A stretch of 64,000 bases of DNA from Azolla caroliniana (taxonomy: Eukaryota; Plantae; Polypodiophyta): positions 5,456,001 to 5,520,000 of the forward strand of contig JBHGNT010000007.1 in NCBI GenBank assembly GCA_043228905.1, written 5' to 3'. This document shows positions 50,821 to 61,900 of the stretch, in pieces. The notes beneath the pieces are model-generated. The model searched no databases. It was not told where the DNA came from and saw only the letters and a list, made by a program, of their open reading frames with translations. Position 1 is the stretch's first letter; each line of letters starts with the position of its first letter. Both the position numbers and the translations under genes were made by a program.

Positions 50821-53595
50821 ATCTAGCTGAATCAGCTCCAAGTTGTCGGCTGCCACTACGCCGAGTAGGAAACGAAGGGTTGTCATTTTCACCACTGGTG
50901 AAAAAATCTCGTCGAAGTCGACGCCATATTCTTGTCGGAAGCCCTTCGCAACTAATCTGGCCTTGTACTTTGGGGTGGTCGAATCAGACGTCTCTTTTAG
51001 TCGATAAACCCACTTGCAAGGAAGAGCACGTCGGTTCCTAGGTAATTCGACCAGATCCCAAGTCTTGTTTGCCCGAATGGAGTGCATTTCCGACTCCATC
51101 GCCAGATGCCAGGTGGCTGAATCGACAGATGTCGATGCTTCTTCGTAAGACGTCGGTTCGCCGGCGTCGGTGAAGAAAATTCCAGGAGAATACCTCTCCG
51201 GAGGTTGCGACAGTCTCTCGGATCGTCGAGGTATGATTGGACTGGTTGCATCGGGTATCAAGGTCGGATGGTCCGAAAGCGGATTGTTCTGCGGTGCCGA
51301 GTCGGAGTTGTCCGATTCGGTAGTGTAAGGTTCAGCTACCCGTGAAGCTGACCGTGTGTTAAGAGCGGGGCCTTCTTGAAGGGTCGGCACATCGGAAAAT
51401 GTTACCCTTCGGACTTCGATCGGTTTTTCGACTGATGGATTCATAGCCGACTCGTTGAACACAACGTCCGAACTTCGAACGATTTGTCTGCGTTCGGGGT
51501 CCCAGAGTCGGTATCCCATTTCGCCGTCTGATCCATATCCAAGAAAAATGCATTTCCTGGACCGAGGTGCAAGTTTTCGGCGATCATCTTTCGGAATAAG
51601 GGCGTACGCCTCGCATCCGAAGATCCTCAGCTTGTCGTAATTCGGCTTACTGCCGATCCATAGTTCCTGAGGAATTTGAAGTCCTAGAGGTCTACTTGGC
51701 GACATATTGATTATGTGTGCTGCCGTGAGTAGAGCCTCTGCCCAGAAGCCATCCGACAGTCCGGAGTGTTGGAGCATGGAAACTATCCGTTCTTGGATTG
51801 TCCGATTCATGCGTTCGGCAATCCCGTTTTGCTCCGGACTGTGTGGTGCCGTAAATTCACGTCGGATGCCGCGTTGTCGGCAGAATTTGACGAATTCTTC
51901 TGATTTGAACTCTCCCCCATTGTCGGTCCGAAAGCATTTCAGCTTTCGGTCGGTTTGATTTTCTACCATAGCGAGCCAATCGGAGAAGATCGAGAAGACA
52001 CGATCTTTGGTGCGAATTGGATAAGCCCACACCTTTCGAGTCGAATCATCAATAAAACTGACGAAGTAAGAGGCACCGCCGAGAGACTGATGCGGCATCG
52101 GGCCACAGACGTCCGAGTGGACTAAATCGAGAGGTCTCGTTTCTCTTGGTGCTGATGTCGGGTGTGATGCGGCTGCTTGTTTGCCATACTGACAATGCTC
52201 GCAGAATTGATGGTCGGAGAAGGAGAGTTTGGGGATGTATCCGGCTCTAGATAGATGCGTAATGCCGGCCTTGCTGAGGTGTCCTAATCTTCGGTGCCAT
52301 AGTGATGACACAGGAATATCCACCAAAAACAGGTTACCCTCTCTGAGCGTAACATGTAACGGATACAGTGAGTGTATCTTGGGTCCTCTAGCAAGCAGGA
52401 GGTTCCCCCTGTGGAGTGTCCACCCTCCCGAAGAAAAACCGGCACGAATGCCGTCTTCATCTAGTTGTCCGACTGAGATCAATGGCCTTGAGAGCTCGGG
52501 TACATGTCGGACATTGTGAAGTACAAGTGTAGAGCCACCTGCAAGGTTGAGCTCTACTGTGCCGATTCCGATGATGTCACAGTGTTGTGAGTTGCCAACT
52601 CGAACTGAGTCGGAGTGACGGGTCGTATATTGCCGAAATTGGGATCGATGAGGGGTCACGTGAAATGACGCGCCCGAATCTAAGAGCCATGTGCTCGATT
52701 CTTCAGTCGTGAGTAGAACTTCTGATCCGACTGGATTTTCGATTGATAGTATATTCGGGTCGTCTGGTAGCACATCAGCTGAAAAGCTGACGTAATTGAA
52801 CTCCTCATGCCGGCCACTCTTCTTGTTGTTCTTGTTCTTGAGTGCGCGGCAGTCGGCTTTGATGTGTCCGGGTTTCTTGCAATAGTTGCAGATTCGGTTA
52901 TCCCGTGACTGGCTCCGTCTTCGCTGATTGTTAGGCGGCCGTGAGGAATCTCTTCCTCGTATGTTCGATCGGTCTGTCGAACCTTGTACTACGTAAGCGT
53001 CGTTTGTTGAGTCTTTGGCGAAAGACTTTCTCCGAGCTGCTTCGGTCAGGATTGCGCTCGTGACTTCGGAGTATTTAACAGCCGTGGTTGACGCGTTGCA
53101 CACGGTTGTGACGAAAGTTTCCCATGATGAGGGAAGGTTGCTCATGAGTATCATTGCTCTGAGTTCATCCTCGATTGCCGTCCCCTGTGACGAGATTTGG
53201 GAGCTTATGCTTTCGTACTCATTGAGATGTGCTTGAACCGAATCGGATTCTTTCATCCGCAGGTTGTAGAGGCGCCGGATCAGAAACATCTTCGTTGCGG
53301 CGACCTTCTTTTCGTAAGTGTCTGACAGTGTTTTCCACAGTTCGAATGCTGTCGTACACGATTACACCGTAAAGTATACCGATTCCGATAGGTGCATCCG
53401 AATCGTGGCGCGGACGATTCTGTCCAGCTTCTGCCACTCAATTGGTTTGTATCCTTCTGGAGGTTCTTCATTTTCGATGGGATCGATTTGCCCCTTGACT
53501 ATGAGATAGTCCTGCATTTGCTCCTTCCAGAAGTTGACGTTCGATCCATCGAACTTTCGTAGACTCATTTCTGACGAGCCGGATGTTGATGCCAT
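50821..53595 (-). pseudogene. Copia J gag, protease, integrase and RT N-terminal part, with one gag stop
   Basis: Near-identical to the I polyprotein. TAA at 53362-53364 where I has CAA. Cut at ...ELIQLD by K. Confidence 0.93.
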
Positions 53596-54584
53596 CAAAT
53601 TTGGTTTCGGTTAACGAAGCTCGGTTCGGAGTTGACTACGAACCTTGTGGGAGTGCAGCCGGTTGGCTCACCCGATATCGTTCTAGTCGGATTTGAACTC
53701 GAGTCGGTTCGGCTTCGAATATATGTATTGTTGAACTTGCTCGAATTGACTCCGGTAACTTGAGGGACAGAACCGACTGGTCTTCCCGAATGGTTCCGAG
53801 TCGGAGTGAGCCCGGTTCGCTTCGGATATATATACCGAATACCGATTATTGAAACCGATTGTCTGGACCGATTCTGCTTCGGGTGGCTGCAGCGGCGAGA
53901 GAGACAGATCCAACTGATCCTCCCGAATGTCGAACAGCCGGATGAAGCACGAATTGGGGTTGTTGTCTTGAGACCGATCTGCACCGAGTGGTTACAATGA
54001 GCGGCGTTTGATGACCTCTTCGGATGCCGTTTAACCGAGTGGAGCACGATCGTGTCAATGTTGCACAAGGGGATTTCACCTCGAGTGGTTACGATCACAA
54101 GGAACAGAGTACAACCTGCTGGCTTACTCCAAGTGACGATGATCTAACGCGATGAGATGCGAGCCTCGTTTTTCTTCTTCTTCTCTCTTCTTCGAATGAC
54201 GCAAGAAACCGAATGCTGTGCAGGCTGAGACGACGGCCGACAGCGGATTGAAGGACCGAATACTGTGCAGGCTCTGATACCAGATGTTGTAGACAAAGTC
54301 GTCTATGCGGAAGATCAAGAAGCATTCGATTCTTTTCTGTACCTGCGTATGACTGTTTCTAGGTCGTTGCACAGAGAGAGAGAGAGAGAGAGAGACAAAA
54401 GACTCTTTATTTCATAAAGCAAATAATACAACAACCAACCTTACAAAAGGGTTACAAGGTCACTATATATAGTGACCGAGTTAGGGCAACTACCCTTTAT
54501 GCTAATTACACAAATGCCCCAAACTTGGGCTATACAAAGGGATAGTGTGAATACGTCCATTATACACTTGTATTCGACACCGGG

Positions 54585-55708
54585 GTCCGACACCGAGATG
54601 AGCTGCATCCGACATTCTCACCGACAATCAACTTCAAGTGGATGGTCGACATTGTAGCTATGCCGACCGGGATTGGACAAAAGAAATACTTGGTGTTAGC
54701 TCGAGAAGATCTCACAAACCAAGTTGAAGGTCGAGCGCTTCGGAGGAAAACGTGTGCCGCGGTGTGCCAATTTCTTTTGGAAGAAGTGTTTTGTAGGTAC
54801 GGCTGCGTAGGACAAGTGATTGCGGACCGGGGAGAACTCGACTCGGACAAAGCTAGGGGATTCTTCGCCAAACATGGAGTTCGGTTAACGTTGACAACGG
54901 CCTACAATCCGGAGGCCAACGGGAAGATCGAACGAGGACATAGTCCGATCGTGAAAGCACTTGCGAAGGCATGCGACGGAAGGGTGAAGGATTGGCCACA
55001 AATGCTTCCGTATGCACTATGGGCGGATCGGACGACGCATAGCTCCGTGACCGGTTACATGCCGGCAGAACTCATGACCGGACAAGCACCGGTAATGCCA
55101 ACGGAAACCGCAATCGCGACATGGACAATACTACCGTGGAAGGAAGAGATGAGCCGGGAAGAACTACTAGCGGTCCGGATACGACAACTGGAGGGAAGAC
55201 CGAAAGATGTAGCGGAAGCGTCACGCCGACAACAAGAAGCACGGTTCCGGAACAAAAGCCGGTTCGACACAAAGCACCGACTACGACCGAGGAGGATTGA
55301 AGAAGGAGATTGGGTGATCGTCTATGATAGTAGCTTGGACCATCAACATACAACGATGCGGAAATTCGCGAAAAGGTGGTTCGGGCCGTACGAGGTTCGG
55401 AAGGTCTTCGACAACGGGACGTACCGACTGTCCGAGTTGGATGGAACAATACTACGAGTGCCTATAGCCGGGAAGCGGGTGAAGATTTTCAAGAAGCGGA
55501 CCGACGACAAACCTTATGTGATCCAAGTCGAGGCCGACAACGAGGAGCAATCGGACGAAGACCACAATGATGCGGGAAGCGAAGAAAGTGGATTACAACT
55601 CATAGTCGACATAAGGGGAGAATCGGAGGAAGCTTCGGATGAAGACGGATACGAAGAATCAAGAACTTCGGCACATACCGGAGGATGTGCGGGTTTGGAG
55701 GGGGCGAG
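54585..55708 (+). pseudogene. Gypsy F integrase core and C-terminus
   Basis: WMVDIV, IADRGE, YNPEANGKIER, WFGPY and an acidic tail. Resumes after TSD CCGGG. Confidence 0.9.
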
Positions 55709-56528
55709 TGTCGTAGTGTAGGTTGCACACTATGTGGAAATTATATTTTTGTCCCTCCGGATAGAGAATGGAGTGCTCGGTGAGAACCGGAAGAAAACGG
55801 CATACCGGCAAGGAGGAAAACGGCATACCGGCAAAGAAGAAAACGGCATACCGGCAAGGAAGAGCCGGATAAAGAGACATAAATGTAAAAGAAAGGAAAC
55901 ACTCACTACTATGCAGGGCGTGATTCGAACTCTGCACCTCCACGTTGACAAACCCCAACCTTACCATTACATTAACTCATCTTAAGTGTTATAATATAGA
56001 TTTAATATGTATAAGACCTTTATTTATGCATACCTTTATTAAAAGGTAAATCGTGTATTTTCTTAATATATGAAAAAGAATACGAGACACTAAAAATAAC
56101 TCATGCACATCTAGCGTGCATGAGCCCTATACTTAGGAAATAAAAAAGCATCACATGCACATTTAGTGGACATGAACACTTTTTGTAAAAAAAAAGCATG
56201 AAGCCATGCTTAGCTCTTCCTTCCTTATATAAGGAGGAGAGAAATATATAAAGGGTTGTTGATTATTTGGATTAAGTATTAATCAATACAGAAATTATTC
56301 GTGGGATTCACGATTTATACATCTACTTCTCTCTTAACACCCTAAGTACCAATTAATATAGTATACTCGTGTGATTCACGAGTTTCTTATCTTTCTCTTT
56401 GCTATTTACTCATAATTAATCTCTATCTCACGAACTTCTTTCTCCTAGTCCAAGACCTCTGTGGTTCCCACCCGACTCACGCAACGATCCGGAGCCGAAA
56501 GGCACGACAGCGGAATATCGCGACAACG

Positions 56529-56923
56529 TGTTGAGAGATCAAGCTCAACTTAGTTTAGTTAGTTAGTTAGAAATGTTGACTATAACGCCTTAAATAGGAC
56601 CTTGTACTTAAGTGGGATATTCTAGATCCTCCATTCCCATGTACATTTAATATAGGACTTACACCCTTGTACCTATATTCTCCTCACCCATGTTCACCCT
56701 CGCACATGAGATCTATATATACCTCATCGTGGGTATTTTTGTATTTGATAATGCTTTTTAATATAGTTAATCATCCCCCATCTTGTCTTGTTGTTCATAA
56801 GTGTTAACTTCCTCTCTCTCTTCCCCTCACACACATACACACACATATCACTTAATCTTCCGCTTAACATAATCACATAATTAGGTACTAATTAACCCTT
56901 AGTTAATTACCTAATTCTTAACA
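56529..56923 (+). repeat. 3' LTR of Copia B
   Basis: Homologous to 1563-1984 and followed by TSD CACCC. Confidence 0.92.
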
Positions 56924-56928
56924 CACCC

Positions 56929-57265
56929 GAAAGCAGTTTGCCGACTTATGAAGCCTTTAACGGCCTCAAGCAAGCACCGCATGCTTGGTATTCGAAGATC
57001 ACCCAATATCTTCACCAAATCCGCTTCCGAATGTCGAAATCAGACAACTCCCTATATATTCGAAACGAGTTGGATAACCCAATTGTCATCATCCTGTATG
57101 TGGATGATCTGGTCATCGGAGGAAACGATCTCGCTGAAATTAACAAGGTCAAAATGCTCCTATTCGGCAGATTCGAAATGAAACACATGAAGGAGGTCCA
57201 TTACTTCCTTGGTATCTAAGTAATTCGGACACCAGTCAGGATATTGATCTCTCAACGGCACTGGG
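56929..57265 (+). pseudogene. Continuation of Copia A reverse transcriptase, truncated
   Basis: GLKQAPHAWY...ILYVDDLVI...HYFLGI resumes directly after the second CACCC TSD (56924-56928). Confidence 0.9.
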
Positions 57266-57883
57266 CTTGTGGTGTATCAACTCTTGTAGTGAGCGCACCA
57301 ATACCAGGTACGACTTGATGTCACAACGGTGGTATGGGACGCCAATCAAGGCTCGAGTTCGTCTCAATCCCTTCGCTCAGGGGTGGTCAGGTGGATTGGC
57401 TCCCTTCTTTCTCTCTCTCCTTTCTTATCTATTACCTTTTATATCCTTATCTCATGCTTACATTAGGATCTAGCTCTAACAGTTTGAACAAGCTAGAAAC
57501 TTCAAAGATCACAAATTTCAGCCACATGTCATACATGTTAAGAGATTAGATCTTGGGGTCATACATATGCAAACTCCCAATACTACAAACCTAAAAAATC
57601 ACAGGATCTAAACAAAAGAGATCATCGCTCTTGTTCAGAGGATGGCAAGATAAACCCACAACAACAATTAGCATTAGAGTCCTTTGAAGTCAATGTCAAG
57701 CCAACATAATGCAAACATCAAACCTTCTAAGTCTCACATATTGGCAACCGCTTCTTAGGATGATGAGCACCTCTCTATAGCCTTCTAGTGTGTGTTCTGG
57801 TCATGTTTGGGGAGTTGCCAATAAGATTATGTGAGATTTCAAGCATGGCTCCTCCATTTGCATCTATTTGGTGCTTCAAACTT

Positions 57884-60800
57884 AAACACGTTCGCGTTCA
57901 CAAATGGAAGGATAAGGAATGTTCTGTTTAATTTTGGGAGTTTTCTTGCCATTTCACAAAACGCCTTGATACTAGTATCACATGTTCTCCAAAACTTGTT
58001 GAAAAAGTTAAAATTTTCACCATTTGGTAAAATTGGAAAATGCCAAATTTTGGTCAAATACGAAAAGTAACTTTGTGTATTTTTAAGGAAAAATGACAAC
58101 TAATAAGTTTTTAGACCTTAAAGAAATCAAAAGCAGAAGATTTCAAAACAATCAATGTTTTATTTCATTCAATAAAATTTTGTCTAAATTTGTTACATAT
58201 AGTTGCACAACAAATACATTTAAGAGTTATTTGCATCACTATCATCATTACTTTCATGAGAATCACTATTATAGATAATATACAATTGTGACTCTTCCTC
58301 CTCATTTTCAAATGTACCAATCAAATCATTGTCTTCACCAAATGGTGTCTCCAAATTGTGTGCACTAAATCTTGTTCACCTTCAATATGAGATATCTTCT
58401 AGACTTGGTAATATTTCTTTTATTATTTCTATCGTTGTTGTCCTTAAACATGCAACTTTTGTCAGTGTAAAGTCGTACACAATGATATCCACCTCACTAA
58501 TGTCAATGATAGATGTATTACAAAGGTTTAATGCATCATCACGTCCAAAACTTTACCAATGTAAAATTGGTGCCCTAGGTCATTGCCATCTACATGTGTA
58601 GCTATTAATATCCCCACCTTGAGTTCATGCAAGTTTCCTTGTCACCTGAGTTATGCTCATGTTGTCATCCTTCATTCCATATAAATGTTTCTCTATTGTA
58701 GATGAACCAAACTATGAAGATCAACATTAAGTGCTTGAAGTGGTGATTGAGAACTACGAGAATATTTTATAGACCATGTAAATGGCATTTGCAAGGTTCG
58801 ATTACCATCAACACAATTATTAATGGTTTTTTGTCAATGAATGATGCACATGTTCATCATAAGGTATCTTGTTATGCAACATACTCCTTTACAGTATCGA
58901 TATGCATCTTTTTGTACGATTCAAGTTCATGTTTAAAAAACCACTTTTATTTGAAAAAAAAAGAAGATTTTTAAACATGAACTTGATATGTTATATCAAG
59001 TTGATGTAAAAACAAAGTTTTCATCATAAATCCATACAATGTATTGAATTCATGTTCAAAGTTTTTTTTACCAGATTTAAAAAATAATAATAATAAAAAA
59101 TTGATGTTGAGTTGATAGAAAAACCAGCAATTCGATGCAATGTATCGAGTTCATGTTTAAAGTATTTTTTTCTAATTGTTTTTATTTTTAAAATTTTGTA
59201 AATTGTTTTTTTTATTTTTTTATTTTTTTTTGGAAAAAAAAAACTTTAAACATGAATTCGATACATTGTATCGACTTGTGATGAAAACTCTGGTTTTTTC
59301 ATCACTTAACGCTCAAAACAAAAAATAACAAAAAAATCAAAATAAATAGAAAAAATTACAAACTGTTTTTAAAATACCCTCCAAAAAAACTTTAAACATG
59401 AACTCGATAGATTGTATCAAGTTCATGTCAAAAAGTTAGCTTTTCAACATGAACTCGATACAGTGTTGAAAAACAAAGTTTTCAACAGCATCTCAATACA
59501 TTGTATCGAGTTCGCGTAGAAAAGTCAGCTTTTTAACACGAACTCGAGTTCGTGCCAAAAAGCTGAGTTTTCAACACAAACTCAATACATTGTATCGTTG
59601 GTGTTGAAAACTCTATTTTTCGACACGAACTCGATACATGTTGAAAATCTAACTTTTTGACATGAACTCGATACAATGTACCGAGTTCATGTTTAAAGTT
59701 TTTTTGGGGGTTTTTTAAAAAAAGAATTTTTATTATTTTCTATTTATTTTGATTTTTTTGTTTTTCTTTTCTGAAATTTTTTTTGACCTTTAAGTGATGA
59801 AAAAACCATATTTTTCATCACAAGTCGACACAATGTATCGAATTCATGATTAAAGGGGTTTTTTCCCAAAAACAATTTTTAAAAAAAAGAAAAAATTGAA
59901 AAAAAATAGAAACAATTACTTTAAATATGAACTCGATACATTGTATGAGTTGTGATAAAAACCTGGTTTTTTCATCAACTCAAGCTCTATTTTTTTATTT
60001 TATTTTTTAAATCCGAGGAAAAAAACTTTTAACATGAATTCGATACATTGTTTGGAATTGTGATGTAAACTCTATTTTTAACATCAACTCAATACAATAT
60101 ATCTTCTTTTTTATCAAATAAAAAAGGTTTTTTAAATATGAACTCAAATTGCACAAAAATCTCTGTTTTTACAAGAGAAATAGATGCATATTGATACTAC
60201 AAAGAAGTATGTTGCAAAACAAGATACTTTATGGTAAACATGTGCTTCATTGATTAACAAAAAACCATTAACAATTGTGCTGATTGTAATTGAACATCGC
60301 AAATGTCATTTACTTCACAAATTTTGTAGGCGAGTTCTCAAAAGGAAGAAGAGGAGAGCATTGTGGATATCCTAATAACTATGTGATATATTCAAATCGA
60401 TATATTAATGTTCACATCTAAGTTTGACAGCTTATGAATATCGTCTACATTTTAGGAGTTGTGGATTTATCAAAATTGTTTATGTATATTGTCTACATTT
60501 CTTGAGTTGTTAATTTATGGATGTTAATTAGCATTAAATTTATAGATGATGACATTAAGGATTACAATGTTACCTCTTATACTTAAAACATTTTCAAGTC
60601 TAACAGTAGATGTAATCTTAATCTCCTCAAGATGGTGAAACCATTAATCTTAACTTGTGCCTTGAGTTAGCCATTGTGATTTTCTTTAAGTTAACTACAT
60701 TTCATTTTTGCAAACCATCAACGTTTAAACATTTACTGAATAACTATTCAATTTTAGAAATTATCATTTTGAAACTTGTTAAATCTCAAAAAAATAGCAA

Positions 60801-60931
60801 ATTTTACATGATATTTAAAACATGTGATACTGGTGTATCAAGTTTCTGAAAATTGTCTAAAATCACAAGATTATAAAAGGAATCTATAAGTGGAATGCGC
60901 AATCCTTCCACTTGTGAACACGAATGTGTTC
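57884..60931. mobile_element. Old non-autonomous element with long degenerate inverted termini
   Basis: AAACACGTTCGCGTTCACAAATGGAAGGAT (57884) is inverted at ATCCTTCCACTTGTGAACACGAATGTGTTC (to 60931), and similarity continues inward. TSD not resolved. Confidence 0.6.
58749..60339. mobile_element. 1.6-kb foldback (whole-length palindromic) element
   Basis: Symmetric about CACGAACTCGAGTTCGTG (centre 59545/59546). Arms 58779-58910 and 60181-60312 are reverse complements. Ends GAGAACT...AGTTCTC. Confidence 0.8.
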
Positions 60932-61154
60932 TTATGGATCATGTTTCTAACTTATTGGTTGTTGACGATGCACCTAAATTGTACAACTTTTTTGTGAGAT
61001 CTACCAACTGTTGCATACAATCCTCAATAGCAACCCCGTTGAATGATCATAATCCTTGTTCGCGCCATTAAACAACTTTCTATGTTAGATATATTTGTGA
61101 CTTTCATGGCTCAACCTCGGATGGTTCTGCATTCATCTCTACATTTGCTTTTAT

Positions 61155-61900
61155 AAAATCATCCATTTGCATTTGTTCCAGATGATCTATAAATGGCAGT
61201 GACCCACATAAGGATGTCATATGTCTCTAAATTATCATCCGATTTTCACGCAAATGCTTATATTTACTTGCAAGGTCTTGGCAATCACAATATAGGATTG
61301 GAGCGAGACAGTGTACCATAGACTAGGAGTGGCCATGCTCAATATTTGAAACCAATATCAGGACTCATCCACAATATGCATTGTCATGTCATCAGTCACA
61401 TAAAATCATCCATTTGCATTTGTGTCGCATGATCTATAAATGGCAATGACCCACATGGGGATGACATATGTATCTCAATGATCATCCAATTTTCGAGGAA
61501 ATGCTTACATTTACTTGCGAGGTCTTGGCAATCACAACAGGAGCATTGGATCGAGACATTGTACCATAGACTAGGAGTGGCCATGCTCAATATCTGAAAC
61601 CAATATCGGGCCTCATCCAGAATAGGCATTGTCATGTCACCAGTCACATAAAATCATCCATTTGCATTTGTGCCGCATGATCTATAAATGGCAATGACCC
61701 ACATAGGGATGGCATATGTATCTCAATGATCATCCGATTTTCGAGCAAATGTTTACATTTACTTGTAAGGTCTTGGCAATCACAATAGGAGCATTGGAGC
61801 GAGACATTGTACCATAGACTAGGAGTGGTCATGCTCAATATTTGAAACCAATATCAGGCCTCATCCCCAATATGCATTGTCATGTTACCAATCACATACC
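61155..61900 (-). pseudogene. Triplicated (about 248-bp unit) SWIM zinc-finger coding remnant, MULE-transposase-like
   Basis: WYNVSIQCSCCDCQDLASKCKH fits SWIM CxCxnCxH. Units start near 61155, 61402 and 61650. Confidence 0.65.

Larger units (their letters stand above)
36915..54579 (-). mobile_element. Ty1/Copia element J (same family as I), recent, interrupted by K
   Basis: 295-bp LTRs 36915-37209 and 54285-54579 with one substitution seen, TSD CCGGG, iMet PBS 54271-54282, PPT at 37210. Confidence 0.96.
31571..56509 (+). mobile_element. Near-complete Ty3/Gypsy element F (no chromodomain seen, tRNA-Trp primed, possibly Phygy/Selgy-like)
   Basis: 801-bp LTRs 31571-32371 and 55709-56509 with one substitution seen, TSD GCGG, PBS TGGTGAACCTGACGTG 32376-32391, PPT about 55697-55708. 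Confidence 0.95.
27718..56525 (+). mobile_element. Non-autonomous Gypsy-derived LTR element E (gag-only), inserted at the PPT/3' LTR junction of Copia B
   Basis: 5' LTR 27718-28252, Trp PBS 28257-28272, 3' LTR split by F into 31048-31570 and 56514-56525. Decayed TSD GCAT/ACGT. Confidence 0.9.
1563..56923 (+). mobile_element. Ty1/Copia LTR retrotransposon B, expanded to 55 kb by nested insertions
   Basis: Similar LTRs 1563-1984 and 56529-56923 (TGTTGAGAGATC...CTTAACA), 5-bp TSD CACCC on both sides, PBS at 1985, PPT at 27701-27716. Confidence 0.92.

Noticed and set aside
55480-55708. Chromodomain or env gene at the end of Gypsy F
   Set aside because: Only an acidic low-complexity tail lies between the GPY motif and the PPT.
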